This document shows positions 43,999-54,745 of a stretch of 64,000 bases of DNA, piece after piece. The DNA is taken from positions 928,001 through 992,000 of the forward strand of contig CAXXLL010000003.1 in assembly GCA_963662545.2 (NCBI GenBank). Direction: 5' to 3'. The notes beneath the pieces were generated by a model, which made no database searches, had not been told where the DNA came from, and saw nothing but the letters and a program-made list of their open reading frames with translations. Source of the DNA: Gammaproteobacteria bacterium (lineage in GTDB: Bacteria > Pseudomonadota > Gammaproteobacteria > Ga0077536). A program made the position numbers and the translations under genes. Each line of letters starts with the position of its first letter. Position 1 is the first letter of the stretch.

Positions 43999-44538
43999 CT
44001 AAGTTGTCAACGGAAAGTTGAAAGCTTCAAGCAAAGCCCGGCCTTCTTCGTCCGTTCGCGCTGTAGTCGTAATGCAGATATCGAGCCCGCGCAGCGTGTC
44101 GATCTTGTCGTAGTCAATTTCCGCGAAAATTATTTGTTCCTTTACGCCCATGCTGTAATTCCCCCGCCCGTCAAAAGCGTTTGAGCTCAAGCCGCGGAAA
44201 TCCCTGATTCGCGGGATTGCTACGCTAATCAGCCGGTCAAGAAACTCATACATGCGCGCCCGCCGTAATGTAACTTTCGCACCGATAGGCCATCCATCAC
44301 GAATCTTGAAATTCGCTATCGACTTTCGCGCTACCCGTACGATCGGTTGCTGCCCTGAAATCAACTTGAGATCGGCAACGGCATGCTCGATGATTTTCTT
44401 ATCTCCAACGGCTTCACCAATCCCCATGTTGAGCGTGATCTTGGAAATTTTTGGTACCTGCATTGCGCTCGTGTAGCCAAATTGCTCGTTTAGCTGCGGG
44501 ATCACGGTCTCCTTATAAATATCTTCCATTCTCGGCAT
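43999..44538 (-). CDS. rplE: 50S ribosomal protein L5
   Basis: [22 protein letters not shown]. Confidence 0.99.
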   Translation of the reverse strand: MPRMEDIYKETVIPQLNEQFGYTSAMQVPKISKITLNMGIGEAVGDKKIIEHAVADLKLISGQQPIVRVARKSIANFKIRDGWPIGAKVTLRRARMYEFLDRLISVAIPRIRDFRGLSSNAFDGRGNYSMGVKEQIIFAEIDYDKIDTLRGLDICITTTARTDEEGRALLEAFNFPLTT

Positions 44539-44556
44539 CGCCTATTCCCCCATACC

Positions 44557-44874
44557 TCAAGCGTCTATGACTTCGCCGTCGGATTTGAAGTAACGCACTT
44601 TGCGGCCATCTTCGAGCGACTTGAATCCGACACGGTCGGGTTTCTGGCTTACCGGATTGAACAATGCGACATTCGATATCTGAATCGGTGCTTCCTTTTC
44701 GATAATTCCCCCGGGGTTGCCCAATTGCGGATTGGGTTTGGTATGCCGTTTGACCAGGTTCACTCCTTCGACGATCACGCGATTGTCGGGAAACACACGC
44801 ATTACCGGTCCCCGTTTGCCACGGTCGCGCCCGGTAAGAATGTACACTTCATCGCCTTTTCGGATTTTCTTCAT
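44557..44874 (-). CDS. rplX: 50S ribosomal protein L24
   Basis: IRKGDEV, VEGVN, EAPI..SNV. Confidence 0.99.
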   Translation of the reverse strand: MKKIRKGDEVYILTGRDRGKRGPVMRVFPDNRVIVEGVNLVKRHTKPNPQLGNPGGIIEKEAPIQISNVALFNPVSQKPDRVGFKSLEDGRKVRYFKSDGEVIDA

Positions 44875-44898
44875 TTACTTCTCTCGCGGAACTTCTGC

Positions 44899-45267
44899 CT
44901 ATAGAACTTCCGGGGCGAGCGAGACTATACGCATGAATTTCTCACTGCGAAGTTCCCGCGTTACGGGACCGAAAATCCGCGTACCGATCGGTTGGAGCTG
45001 TTTATCGAGAAGTACGGCTGCATTTCCGTCAAATCTAATTAACGAACCGTCGGGTCGCCGAACTCCTTTGCGAGTGCGCACCACCACTGCATGGAATATC
45101 TCGCCCTTGCGAACTTTGCCGCGGGGTATCGCCTCCTTAACGGTTACCCTGATTACATCACCAATGTTTGCATAGCGGCGGCGAGATCCACCCAAAACCT
45201 TAATGCACATCAAGCGCCGCGCGCCGCTATTGTCTGCGGCGTCGAGCATTGTTTGCATCTGAATCAT
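44899..45267 (-). CDS. rplN: 50S ribosomal protein L14
   Basis: [21 protein letters not shown]. Confidence 0.99.
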   Translation of the reverse strand: MIQMQTMLDAADNSGARRLMCIKVLGGSRRRYANIGDVIRVTVKEAIPRGKVRKGEIFHAVVVRTRKGVRRPDGSLIRFDGNAAVLLDKQLQPIGTRIFGPVTRELRSEKFMRIVSLAPEVL

Positions 45268-45301
45268 GATCTATTCCAAGGCTGGTCAGAGGTTAGAAAT
45301 G

Positions 45302-45568
45302 CTAGACCTGAGTAGCGCGTTCCAACACGCGCTGCAGCCGCCAACTCTTATGCTTCGATATCTGGCGACATGCCTCGATTGAAACCAAATCCCCTTCCCT
45401 ACATTCATTGTTTTCGTCGTGCGCAAGAATCTTCGAAGATTTCCGCAAATACTTCCTATAGATCGGATGAACAACACGCCTCTCAACGAGAACCGAAATC
45501 GTTTTATCCATGCCATTACTCACAACCTGCCCGACCAATGTCCGCCCGGCTTTTTTCTGCTCGTTCAT
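45302..45568 (-). CDS. rpsQ: 30S ribosomal protein S17
   Basis: VVS..MDKT, HPIY.K, AHDENN. Confidence 0.98.
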   Translation of the reverse strand: MNEQKKAGRTLVGQVVSNGMDKTISVLVERRVVHPIYRKYLRKSSKILAHDENNECREGDLVSIEACRQISKHKSWRLQRVLERATQV

Positions 45569-45765
45569 TCAGCGCCTCCCTGTTGACGCTCTCTGATAAT
45601 TGTCTTGATACGGGCTATCACACGACGTGTTTCACGTACTTCGCTAGCGCGGGGAAACTGGCCCGATCCCACCTCCATACGCATATTGAACTGCTTGCGA
45701 CGCATTTCCAGGAGGGTCGCCGTAAGTTCTTCGTCGTTCTTACTACGGAGTTCGTTCGCTTTCAT
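45565..45765 (-). CDS. rpmC: 50S ribosomal protein L29
   Basis: MKANELR, IARIKT. Synteny. Confidence 0.97.
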   Translation of the reverse strand: MKANELRSKNDEELTATLLEMRRKQFNMRMEVGSGQFPRASEVRETRRVIARIKTIIRERQQGGAE

Positions 45766-46178
45766 TACAACACCGTGCGCGTCGCAAAAGCCGTGCGTAC
45801 AGGCAGTTTGGCGCTCGCCAGTCGCAGTGCTTCGCGCGCGATTTCTTCGGTAACGCCTTCCATTTCGTACAGAATGGTTCCGGGCTTAACCTGGGCGACC
45901 CAATATTCAACGTTTCCTTTTCCTTTTCCCTGGCGGACTTCCAAAGGCTTTTTCGATATCGGTTTGTCAGGAAATATGCGTATCCACACTTTCGCACCGC
46001 GCTTGACGTAACGGGTGATCGCTCGACGAGCGGCTTCAATCTGGCGCGCAGTAACACGCCCGCGTGCAGTCGATTGCAGTCCATATTCGCCAAAACACAC
46101 ACGGTTGCCACGCGACGCCAATCCGCGATTTCGCAGCTTCTGTTGTTTTCGGTATTTGGTTGTCTTGGGTTGCAGCAT
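45765..46178 (-). CDS. rplP: 50S ribosomal protein L16
   Basis: MLQPK, QIEAAR, GKGKG. Confidence 0.99.
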   Translation of the reverse strand: MLQPKTTKYRKQQKLRNRGLASRGNRVCFGEYGLQSTARGRVTARQIEAARRAITRYVKRGAKVWIRIFPDKPISKKPLEVRQGKGKGNVEYWVAQVKPGTILYEMEGVTEEIAREALRLASAKLPVRTAFATRTVL

Positions 46179-46208
46179 CGGTCACGCTCCTGACATTCGC
46201 CGGCCTTC

Positions 46209-46883
46209 TCAGGCCGCCGAGCTTTCGGTTTCTTCTTCCTCGGGCTCAGCAGTTTCCGGCACGATCTCTCCTTTGAATATCCATACCTTCACGCCGATGA
46301 CACCGTATGTCGTGTGCGCTTCTGCGAGACCGAAATCGATATCGGCGCGCAAGGTGTGAAGCGGCACGCGCCCTTCCCGATACCATTCCGAGCGCGCTAT
46401 TTCGGCTCCATTGAGCCTTCCTGCGACGCCTATTTTTATACCCTGTGCACCCAGCCTCATGGAGTTCGAAACGGCCCGCTTCATCGCGCGCCGGAACATA
46501 ATTCTGCGTTCGAGTTGTTGTGCTACTGATTCGGCTACGAGGTAGGCGTCTAGTTCGGGTTTGCGGATCTCCTCCACGCTGATATGGGCCGGAATACCCA
46601 TGAGCTCCGATACCTGCTTGCGCAGCGATTCGATATCTTCACCCTTTTTCCCTATCACGATACCGGGACGGGCAGTGTGAATGACGATTCGGGCATTATT
46701 TGCGGGCCGTTCGATTTGAATTCTGCTGACCGAAGCATGCGCAAGCTTCTTCCGCAAAAAGGCTCGGACGGAAAGATCGAGATTGAGATAATCTGCATAG
46801 TGTTTAGTGTCGACGTACCAGGTAGATGTCCAGTCTGTGACGATACCCAATCGAAAGCCGTACGGATGAACTTTTTGTCCCAT
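46209..46883 (-). CDS. rpsC: 30S ribosomal protein S3
   Basis: [27 protein letters not shown]. Confidence 0.99.
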   Translation of the reverse strand: MGQKVHPYGFRLGIVTDWTSTWYVDTKHYADYLNLDLSVRAFLRKKLAHASVSRIQIERPANNARIVIHTARPGIVIGKKGEDIESLRKQVSELMGIPAHISVEEIRKPELDAYLVAESVAQQLERRIMFRRAMKRAVSNSMRLGAQGIKIGVAGRLNGAEIARSEWYREGRVPLHTLRADIDFGLAEAHTTYGVIGVKVWIFKGEIVPETAEPEEEETESSAA

Positions 46884-46890
46884 GTCCTCG

Positions 46891-47226
46891 CTACCCTTCC
46901 TGTTCGACCGAAATCGTTACGTGGCACGTGCGCTTGAGAATCTTGGCCGCTCGGCCGCGCGCGCGTGCGCGCCAGCGCTTCATCGTCGGACCCGCGTCTA
47001 CTGAAATGTGCGATACAGTCAGTTCGTCAACATCTGCGCCGTCGTTATGCTCCGCATTGGCAATCGCAGACTCCAACACTTTCTTCACTATGCCAGCTGC
47101 CTTCTTGCTACTGAAAGTCAGCAAATTGATCGCTTGATCGACTGGCAAGCCTCTTATTTGATCCGCGATTAGCCGGACCTTCTGAGGCGCGATCCTCGCT
47201 TTTCTAAGTTTCGCTACTGTTGCCAT
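46891..47226 (-). CDS. rplV: 50S ribosomal protein L22
   Basis: KVRL.AD.IRG, SA.ANAEHN, RARGRA. Confidence 0.99.
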   Translation of the reverse strand: MATVAKLRKARIAPQKVRLIADQIRGLPVDQAINLLTFSSKKAAGIVKKVLESAIANAEHNDGADVDELTVSHISVDAGPTMKRWRARARGRAAKILKRTCHVTISVEQEG

Positions 47227-47247
47227 TTCTGATCGCCTGCACGGCCG

Positions 47248-47520
47248 CTATTTGGTTTTCCGGTCCGCCGCGTGGCCGCGAAAGGACCGGGTCGGAGCAA
47301 ATTCGCCGAGCTTATGTCCAACCATGTTCTCGTTTATGTAGACCGGCATGTGCTGCCGGCCGTTGTGAACCGCTATTGTCAGCCCAATCATGTCCGGAAT
47401 AATCATCGAACGTCGCGACCAGGTCTTTACCGGCCGCTTGTCGTTTATAGCGCGTGCCTCTTCGACTTTTCGCAACAGATGATGGTCGATGAACGGGCCT
47501 TTCTTAATGGAACGTGGCAT
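47248..47520 (-). CDS. rpsS: 30S ribosomal protein S19
   Basis: [20 protein letters not shown]. Confidence 0.99.
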   Translation of the reverse strand: MPRSIKKGPFIDHHLLRKVEEARAINDKRPVKTWSRRSMIIPDMIGLTIAVHNGRQHMPVYINENMVGHKLGEFAPTRSFRGHAADRKTK

Positions 47521-47534
47521 GTCGAATTCCCTGC

Positions 47535-48365
47535 CTATCGCTTAGAAGAACGCCGGCGGATGATGAGATGATCAGTGCGTTTGTTCTTGCGGGTCTTATG
47601 CCCCTTGGTCGGCTGTCCCCACGGGCTGACCGGGTGGCGGCCGCCGGAACTGCGTCCTTCGCCTCCGCCATGCGGATGATCAACCGGATTCATCGCAACT
47701 CCCCGCACGGTAGGACGCACCCCGCGCCAACGGTTTGCACCGGCTTTCCCGAGCGAACGAAGTCCATGCTCGTGATTTCCTACCTCGCCAATGGTCGCCC
47801 GGCATTCAATCGGTACTTTGCGCATTTCACCAGAGCGCAGTCTCAGGGTTGCGTACCCTCCCTCACGCGCCATGTACTGCACGGTTGCACCCGCGCTGCG
47901 AGCTATCTGAGCACCCTTTCCGGGCTTGAGTTCGATGCAGTGAATCAAGGTTCCGACGGGGATATTTTTCAAGGGCAGGCAGTTTCCGGCCTGAATGGGT
48001 GCGTCGGCTCCGGAACGTAAGCTGGCGCCCGGCTGCAGGCCTTTGGGCGCGATGATGTATCGGCGTTCACCGTCTTCGAACAACAACAATGCGATGTGAG
48101 CCGAACGGTTGGGATCATATTCGATGCGCTCGACTTTGGCGTTAATACCATCCTTGTTGCGCTTGAAGTCGATAATACGGTAGCGCTGCTTATGTCCGCC
48201 GCCCCGGTGCCGGACGGTTATACGGCCATTGTTGTTGCGCCCGGATTTACGCGACTGGTGCTCCAGCAGCGGGCGATGGGGTGCGCCCTTGTGCAAATCG
48301 GGCGTAGAAACGGATACGACCGCACGGCGACCGGGAGAGGTGGGCTTTGCTTTCCTTAATGTCAT
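47535..48365 (-). CDS. rplB: 50S ribosomal protein L2
   Basis: [21 protein letters not shown]. Confidence 0.99.
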   Translation of the reverse strand: MTLRKAKPTSPGRRAVVSVSTPDLHKGAPHRPLLEHQSRKSGRNNNGRITVRHRGGGHKQRYRIIDFKRNKDGINAKVERIEYDPNRSAHIALLLFEDGERRYIIAPKGLQPGASLRSGADAPIQAGNCLPLKNIPVGTLIHCIELKPGKGAQIARSAGATVQYMAREGGYATLRLRSGEMRKVPIECRATIGEVGNHEHGLRSLGKAGANRWRGVRPTVRGVAMNPVDHPHGGGEGRSSGGRHPVSPWGQPTKGHKTRKNKRTDHLIIRRRSSKR

Positions 48366-48369
48366 CGTT

Positions 48370-48672
48370 CTAACCCGTATCGCCCGCCATGAAATCGATT
48401 TCGAATCCTTTCTTGAGCTTTACGTAGGCTTTCTTCCATGCGTCGTGTACGCCGGGCCGGCCTTTAAAAGTCCTCAGCCGTGAAGGAACCGTTAAAGTCG
48501 TGACTGACTCGACCTCCACTTTGAACAACTGCTCAACCGATGCCTTAATCTCAGGCTTTGTTGCATTCATCAATACTTTGAAGGTGTACTGGCGGTGCAG
48601 ATCTGCAATCCGCGTACCCTTCTCGGAGATCTTGGGTTCCAACAAGATCTGGAACAGACGCTCCTGGTTCAT
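48370..48672 (-). CDS. rplW: 50S ribosomal protein L23
   Basis: SEK, ATKPEIK, WKKAYV. Confidence 0.98.
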   Translation of the reverse strand: MNQERLFQILLEPKISEKGTRIADLHRQYTFKVLMNATKPEIKASVEQLFKVEVESVTTLTVPSRLRTFKGRPGVHDAWKKAYVKLKKGFEIDFMAGDTG

Positions 48673-49286
48673 TTGAGTGCCGCCTCCAGCCCAGCCACCG
48701 CTTTGACCGTGATGACCAACTTATCGTATGAAACGAGAGCAACCGGATCGATCGACGCGACTTCAATCACGTCGACGCGCGGAATATTTCGGACTGCCAG
48801 GTAAAGATTTTCGGTCAGGTCGTCCGTCACGATCAGTACATCGTCGACACCCAGCGCATCCAGCGCTTGTTTCGCGAGCTTGGTTTTCGGCTGCTCGATG
48901 TTGAAACTATCGACGACCAGGAGTCGGTCCTGGCGAATCAGTTCCGATACGATGGATCGCAGGGCACTGCGATACATTTTGCGATTGACTTTCTGGTCGA
49001 ATTTTCGAGGTTTTGCGGCAAACGCCCGGCCGCCACCACGCCATATTGGACTACGAATCGTACCGGCGCGCGCGCGTCCCGTGCCCTTTTGGTTCCACGG
49101 TTTCGTGCCGCCCCCGCGTGCTTCAGAACGCGTTTTCTGAGCCTTGGTACCCTGCCGCCCGCCCGCCAGATAGGCCGTCACGACCTGGTGAACGAGCGGT
49201 TCGTTGTATTCGCGCGCGAACACGTCGTCGGAGAGCGCGATTTGCCCACCCTTCCCCTTATCAAACGTGTGCAATTGAAGTTCCAT
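48669..49286 (-). CDS. rplD: 50S ribosomal protein L4
   Basis: [18 protein letters not shown]. Confidence 0.99.
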   Translation of the reverse strand: MELQLHTFDKGKGGQIALSDDVFAREYNEPLVHQVVTAYLAGGRQGTKAQKTRSEARGGGTKPWNQKGTGRARAGTIRSPIWRGGGRAFAAKPRKFDQKVNRKMYRSALRSIVSELIRQDRLLVVDSFNIEQPKTKLAKQALDALGVDDVLIVTDDLTENLYLAVRNIPRVDVIEVASIDPVALVSYDKLVITVKAVAGLEAALK

Positions 49287-49291
49287 GTCGT

Positions 49292-49942
49292 TCAAGCTTT
49301 GCGGCGCACTTTGATGGCCGGCCGAATCATCACATCGCCACCCTTGGCACCCGGCACGGCGCCCTTGATCAGTAGCAACTTTCGTTCGGTGTCGACCCGA
49401 ACGACTTCCAGGCCTTGAATCGTCCGGCGCTTATTGCCCATCTGTCCCGCCATACGCTTGCCTTTGAAAACGCGTCCCGGCGTCTGACATTGCCCAATCG
49501 CCCCGGGCACACGATGCGCGAGTGAATTGCCGTGGGTCGCGTCCCCCATATGGAAGTTGTGGCGCTTGACTACCCCGGCGAAGCCTTTGCCGATCGTGGT
49601 TCCGCTAACGTCAACGCGTTGGCCTGTTTCGAAAATGTCGACCCCTATTTCCGCACCAACTTCAAGCTTGCTGCCCTCGTCTCCGTCGATGCGAAATTCC
49701 CACAAACCGATTCCCGCCTTGACTCCAGCCTTTTTGAATTCGCCCGCCAGGCATTGGTTAATACGATTCTGATGTTTTTCACCTACCGTAACTTGCACGG
49801 CACGATAACCATCAGAATCTTCTGTCTTAAGACGCGTAACACGATTTGGATCGACCTCGATCACCGTGACCGGGATCGAAACCCCATCTTCGGTGAAGAT
49901 GCGCGTCGATCCACATTTGCGTCCGATTAAACCCAGGCTCAT
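49292..49942 (-). CDS. rplC: 50S ribosomal protein L3
   Basis: [25 protein letters not shown]. Confidence 0.99.
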   Translation of the reverse strand: MSLGLIGRKCGSTRIFTEDGVSIPVTVIEVDPNRVTRLKTEDSDGYRAVQVTVGEKHQNRINQCLAGEFKKAGVKAGIGLWEFRIDGDEGSKLEVGAEIGVDIFETGQRVDVSGTTIGKGFAGVVKRHNFHMGDATHGNSLAHRVPGAIGQCQTPGRVFKGKRMAGQMGNKRRTIQGLEVVRVDTERKLLLIKGAVPGAKGGDVMIRPAIKVRRKA

Positions 49943-49950
49943 TACGGCTC

Positions 49951-50262
49951 CTAATTCAACTTGATCTGCACATCGACGCCTGCGGCAAGGTCGAGCTTCA
50001 TAAGAGCATCCACTGTTTTTTCCGTAGGATTGACGATATCAATCAGTCGCTTGTGAGTTCTGATTTCATATTGGTCTCGCGCGTCCTTATTGACGTGCGG
50101 GCTGGTCAATACGGTGAAGCGCTCCTTTTTCGTTGGCAGCGGGATCGGACCTTTAACCTGCGCGCCGGTACGTCTGGCTGTTTCGACGATCTCTTTGGTC
50201 GACTGATCGATCAACCGATGGTCGAAGGCCTTGAGCCTGATTCTGATTATTTGCTGATTCAC
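49951..50262 (-). CDS. rpsJ: 30S ribosomal protein S10
   Basis: [22 protein letters not shown]. Confidence 0.99.
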   Translation of the reverse strand: MNQQIIRIRLKAFDHRLIDQSTKEIVETARRTGAQVKGPIPLPTKKERFTVLTSPHVNKDARDQYEIRTHKRLIDIVNPTEKTVDALMKLDLAAGVDVQIKLN

Positions 50263-50280
50263 TCGAAACCTTCCCGCTTC

Positions 50281-51471
50281 CTATTCAATAACCTTGGCTA
50301 CGACGCCCGCCCCAACTGTGCGCCCGCCTTCCCGGATCGCGAAGCGCAAGCCGTCCTCCATCGCGATCGGCGCGATCAATTTCACCGTGATCTTCACGTT
50401 GTCTCCAGGCATCACCATCTCCACGCCCTCCGGCAACTCCACCGCGCCCGTCATGTCCGTCGTCCGAAAATAAAACTGCGGCCGGTAGTTCGCGAAAAAC
50501 GGCGTGTGTCGCCCGCCTTCGTCTTTCGACAAGACGTATACCTCCGCCTCAAAATGCGTGTGCGGATTCACCGAACCCGGCTTGCACAACACCTGACCAC
50601 GCTCCACTTCTTCTCGCTTCGTACCCCGTAACAAGATGCCCACGTTGTCTCCCGCCTGACCTTCGTCCAGCAGCTTGCGGAACATCTCAACTCCCGTACA
50701 CGTCGTCTTCTTCGTCTCCTTGATGCCCACAATCTCGATCTCCTCACCGACCAAGATCTTGCCCCGCTCGACGCGCCCCGTCACCACCGTCCCGCGTCCC
50801 GATATCGAAAATACATCCTCAATCGGCATCAAAAACGGCAGGTCCACCAGGCGCTCCGGGATCGGGATGAATTCATCCATCGCCGCCACCAGCTTCTCAA
50901 TCGACGGGCGACCCAACTCTCCCTCGTCACCCTCCATCGCCTTCAGCGCACTGCCCACGATCACCGGCGTGTCGTCGCCCGGAAACTGGTAGGCGTCCAG
51001 TAGTTCTCGTACCTCCAGCTCCACCAGCTCCAGCAATTCCGCGTCGTCCACCATGTCCGCCTTGTTCAGGTACACCACGATCTTCGGTACACCCACTTGA
51101 CGCGCCAGCAATATGTGCTCCCGAGTCTGCGGCATCGGACCATCCGCCGCGCTGCACACCAGGATCGCGCCGTCCATCTGCGCCGCACCCGTGATCATAT
51201 TCTTTACGTAATCCGCGTGACCCGGACAATCAACATGCGCGTAATGACGTGATTCGCTTTCGTATTCCACATGCGCCGTCGCTATCGTGATCCCGCGCTC
51301 CCGCTCTTCCGGCGCGTTATCGATCTGAGCGTAGTTCTTCGTCTCGCCGCCGAACTTTTCCGCCGACACCATCGTCAATGCCGCCGTCAACGTCGTCTTA
51401 CCATGATCTACATGACCAATCGTACCCACATTCAGATGCGGCTTCGTTCTTTCAAATTTTGCCTTGGACAT
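50281..51471 (-). CDS. tuf: Elongation factor Tu
   Basis: [20 protein letters not shown]. Confidence 0.99.
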   Translation of the reverse strand: MSKAKFERTKPHLNVGTIGHVDHGKTTLTAALTMVSAEKFGGETKNYAQIDNAPEERERGITIATAHVEYESESRHYAHVDCPGHADYVKNMITGAAQMDGAILVCSAADGPMPQTREHILLARQVGVPKIVVYLNKADMVDDAELLELVELEVRELLDAYQFPGDDTPVIVGSALKAMEGDEGELGRPSIEKLVAAMDEFIPIPERLVDLPFLMPIEDVFSISGRGTVVTGRVERGKILVGEEIEIVGIKETKKTTCTGVEMFRKLLDEGQAGDNVGILLRGTKREEVERGQVLCKPGSVNPHTHFEAEVYVLSKDEGGRHTPFFANYRPQFYFRTTDMTGAVELPEGVEMVMPGDNVKITVKLIAPIAMEDGLRFAIREGGRTVGAGVVAKVIE

Positions 51472-51520
51472 GATTTTCTACCCTCTCGAACTGCGCTTAT
51501 CGTTCTTGCTTATCAAGTGC

Positions 51521-53626
51521 CTAATTCTGTTTAACGATGGTTTCAGCGATATTGTTGGGAGCTTGTACGTAGCGTGAGAACTCCATCGAGTAGGTCGCAC
51601 GGCCTTGTGTCGCGGATCGGAGATCAGTGGCGTAGCCGAACATTTCAGACAGTGGAACATCGGCCCGGATGATGACACCCGCCGGAGATTCTTCGGTGCC
51701 CAGCACGATGCCCCGTCGGCGATTGAGATCACCATTGACGTTGCCCACATACTCGTCGGGCGTGACGATTTCCACATTCATTACAGGTTCGAGCAAAACC
51801 GGTTTCGCCTGCCGGGTTCCCTCTTTGATTGCCATCGATCCAGCGACCTTGAAGGCAACCTCACTTGAATCCACTTCATGGAATGAACCGTCATAAAGGG
51901 TGACACGGACATCGACAACGGGGTAGCCCGCTACGATACCGTTTGCCAGAGCTTCCTCGATCCCCTTCCGCACTGCCGGGATATAGTCTTTCGGTACGAC
52001 GCCGCCGACGATCTTATTGATGAACTCGAACCCGCCACCCTGTGCGGCCGGTTCAATTTTTAGAACAACATGACCATATTGTCCACGGCCGCCTGTTTGA
52101 CGAACGAACTTACCTTCCGCTTTGAGTACCGGTTTTCGAATCGTTTCGCGGTATGCCACCTGCGGCTTACCAATGTTCGCCTCGACCTTGAACTCCCGTT
52201 TCATTCGGTCGACGATGATATCGAGATGAAGTTCACCCATGCCTGCGATTATGACCTGGCCGGATTCTTCGTCCGTCGACACCCGAAAAGAAGGATCCTC
52301 GGCTGCCAGTTTCTGGAGCGCTACCCCCATTTTTTCCTGATCGCTCTTCGTTCGAGGTTCTACCGCAACGGCAATCACGGGGTCGGGAAACTCCATTCGT
52401 TCCAAGGTGATGATCTTCTTTACGTCGCAAAGGGTGTCGCCGGTCGTTACGTCTTTCAATCCGACGGCCGCCGCAATATCGCCCGCGCGAACTTCTTTGA
52501 TATCGTCACGGCTGTTTGCATGCATTTGAAGGATGCGGCCGAATCTCTCCTTTTTCCGTTTGCCCGGGTTGTAAACCGTATCGCCCGAGTTAACGACACC
52601 GGAGTAAACGCGAAAAAAAGACAGTGTTCCTACAAAAGGATCGGTCGCGATCTTGAACGCCAGTGCCGCAAAAGGCTCGTCGTCCGATGCCTGACGTTCG
52701 CCTTGTGTCGTCCCGTCGTCGAGAACGCCCGTAATTCCCCTCACGTCAATAGGCGCTGGCATGAGTTCAATGACAGCGTCGAGTAGAGCTTGCACACCCT
52801 TATTTTTGAACGCAGATCCGCACAATACCGGGACGATTTCGTTGTTAAGAGTCCGCCGTCTCAGGCCCGCCTTTATCTCTTCGTTACTCAGACTTTCTTC
52901 ATTCAGATATTTTTCCGTAAGTTCTTCGTTCGATTCCGCAGCGGCTTCGACCATCTGCTCCCGTAGTCGAACACACTGCTCCATAAGATCGTCTGCGATT
53001 TCCCTTTCTTCGAAGCTCGTACCGAGATCTTCTTCGTCCCAGTGCAGCGCCTTCATTTTGACCAGGTCGATGACGCCTTCGAAACTATCCTCCGCGCCGA
53101 TAGGAAACTGGATCGGGACAGCGTTGGCCCCTAGGCGGGTTTTGATCTGCTCGACAACCCTCAAAAAATCCGCTCCCGCGCGATCCATCTTGTTCACGAA
53201 CGCGAGACGCGGGACCTGATATTTATTTGCCTGACGCCATACCGTCTCCGATTGAGGTTCCACACCGCCGACTGCGCAGAAAATCCCTACGGCCCCATCG
53301 AGAACTCGCAACGAGCGTTCGACTTCGATCGTGAAATCGACATGGCCAGGAGTATCAATGATGTTGATTCGGTGTTCGGGGAACTGATCGTCCATCCCCC
53401 TCCAGAAACAAGTCGTTGCGGCGGACGTTATCGTTATCCCGCGTTCTTGCTCCTGTTCCATCCAGTCCATCACGGCTGCGCCGTCGTGTACTTCACCCAT
53501 TTTGTGAGATACACCGGTGTAGTAGAGAATGCGTTCCGTAGTGGTGGTCTTCCCCGCATCGATGTGTGCCATGATGCCGATGTTCCGGTAGTGTTCTATT
53601 GGCGTTGTACGGGCCACGGCCGACAT
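51521..53626 (-). CDS. fusA: Elongation factor G
   Basis: [24 protein letters not shown]. Confidence 0.99.
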   Translation of the reverse strand: MSAVARTTPIEHYRNIGIMAHIDAGKTTTTERILYYTGVSHKMGEVHDGAAVMDWMEQEQERGITITSAATTCFWRGMDDQFPEHRINIIDTPGHVDFTIEVERSLRVLDGAVGIFCAVGGVEPQSETVWRQANKYQVPRLAFVNKMDRAGADFLRVVEQIKTRLGANAVPIQFPIGAEDSFEGVIDLVKMKALHWDEEDLGTSFEEREIADDLMEQCVRLREQMVEAAAESNEELTEKYLNEESLSNEEIKAGLRRRTLNNEIVPVLCGSAFKNKGVQALLDAVIELMPAPIDVRGITGVLDDGTTQGERQASDDEPFAALAFKIATDPFVGTLSFFRVYSGVVNSGDTVYNPGKRKKERFGRILQMHANSRDDIKEVRAGDIAAAVGLKDVTTGDTLCDVKKIITLERMEFPDPVIAVAVEPRTKSDQEKMGVALQKLAAEDPSFRVSTDEESGQVIIAGMGELHLDIIVDRMKREFKVEANIGKPQVAYRETIRKPVLKAEGKFVRQTGGRGQYGHVVLKIEPAAQGGGFEFINKIVGGVVPKDYIPAVRKGIEEALANGIVAGYPVVDVRVTLYDGSFHEVDSSEVAFKVAGSMAIKEGTRQAKPVLLEPVMNVEIVTPDEYVGNVNGDLNRRRGIVLGTEESPAGVIIRADVPLSEMFGYATDLRSATQGRATYSMEFSRYVQAPNNIAETIVKQN

Positions 53627-53643
53627 CCTCGAAAATGCTTCGA

Positions 53644-54114
53644 TTACCAGCGGTAATGAGAAAACGCACGGTTGGCTTCTGCCATTTTGTGGGTGTCCTC
53701 ACGTTTTTTGACCGCCGAACCGCGACTCTCGAAAGCATCCAACATTTCGCCGGCAAGCCGCTGCCCCATAGATTTTTCGCTGCGTTTGCGCGCCGCGTCG
53801 ACGAGCCAGCGCATCGCCAGTGCCCGTCTCCGGTTCGGGCGAACCTCGATTGGAACCTGGTAGGTCGCACCGCCGACGCGTCGGAATTTCACTTCGACCT
53901 TGGGCTCGACGTTTTCGAGCGCCGTTTTGAAGATATCCAGCGCTTCGCCTTTGCCGCGCTGTTCAACTTCGCTCAGTGCGCCGTAGACGATTTTCTCGGC
54001 GACGGCTTTCTTGCCGCGTGACATCACCATATTGATGAATTTCGCAACGACCCGGTCGCCGTATTTCGGATCGGGGATAATTTCTCGCTTTGCTGCAACG
54101 TGGCGTCTGGACAT
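53644..54114 (-). CDS. rpsG: 30S ribosomal protein S7
   Basis: [19 protein letters not shown]. Confidence 0.99.
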   Translation of the reverse strand: MSRRHVAAKREIIPDPKYGDRVVAKFINMVMSRGKKAVAEKIVYGALSEVEQRGKGEALDIFKTALENVEPKVEVKFRRVGGATYQVPIEVRPNRRRALAMRWLVDAARKRSEKSMGQRLAGEMLDAFESRGSAVKKREDTHKMAEANRAFSHYRW

Positions 54115-54147
54115 GGTTTAGGCCTCAGTCTGGTGTGACGACGAGGC

Positions 54148-54522
54148 TTAGCCTTTGGGTCGTCTGGCGCCGTACTTCGAGCGCCCTTGGCGACGCTCTG
54201 TGACGCCGGCCGTATCCAGGGTTCCGCGGACCGTGTGATAGCGGACGCCTGGAAGGTCTTTGACACGGCCGCCGCGAATCAGGATTACCGAATGCTCCTG
54301 CAGGTTGTGCCCTTCGCCGCCGATGTAGGTCGTGACTTCATGACCGTTGGTCAGCCTCACACGGGCCACTTTGCGCAGCGCCGAATTCGGCTTCTTGGGT
54401 GTGGTGGTGTACACGCGCGTGCACACGCCGCGCTTTTGCGGACACGCATCGAGTGCCGGCACGTTGCTTTTTTTGTGCTGCCGCTTGCGCGGTTTACGCA
54501 CTAACTGGTTAATCGTCGCCAT
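54148..54522 (-). CDS. rpsL: 30S ribosomal protein S12
   Basis: [18 protein letters not shown]. Confidence 0.99.
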   Translation of the reverse strand: MATINQLVRKPRKRQHKKSNVPALDACPQKRGVCTRVYTTTPKKPNSALRKVARVRLTNGHEVTTYIGGEGHNLQEHSVILIRGGRVKDLPGVRYHTVRGTLDTAGVTERRQGRSKYGARRPKG

Positions 54523-54663
54523 TACCCTACAGAGTTCACTCGGTATTCCTGATTGTTAAACAGCTGATCATTCGCAAGGCCAGATCACATAACGAGCGGA
54601 TACCGAACCTGCGGCGACCGCCGCGTGAACGAGGTTCGGGATCGGGTCAGGAAGTGGCAGTGC

Positions 54664-54698
54664 AAAAAAATGACAGGCAGGGTCGCTCCCTGCCTGTC
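54664..54698 (-). terminator. Hairpin plus U-tract in the rpoC-rpsL interval (terminator or attenuator)
   Basis: Minus strand gacaggcaggg-agcga-ccctgcctgtc-attttttt. Confidence 0.75.
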
Positions 54699-54709
54699 GC
54701 AGAAGCGGG

Positions 54710-54739
54710 ATTATAAGAAGCCTAAGCTCCTGATGTCAA
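54710..54739 (-). promoter_or_regulatory. sigma70 promoter of the str operon
   Basis: Minus strand TTGACA-N18-TATAAT followed by a GC-rich discriminator-like cccgc. Confidence 0.75.
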
Positions 54740-54745
54740 CGGGTT

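Noticed and set aside
54148-54522. Streptomycin-resistance substitutions in S12
   Set aside because: PKKPNS and RVKDLP lysines are wild-type.
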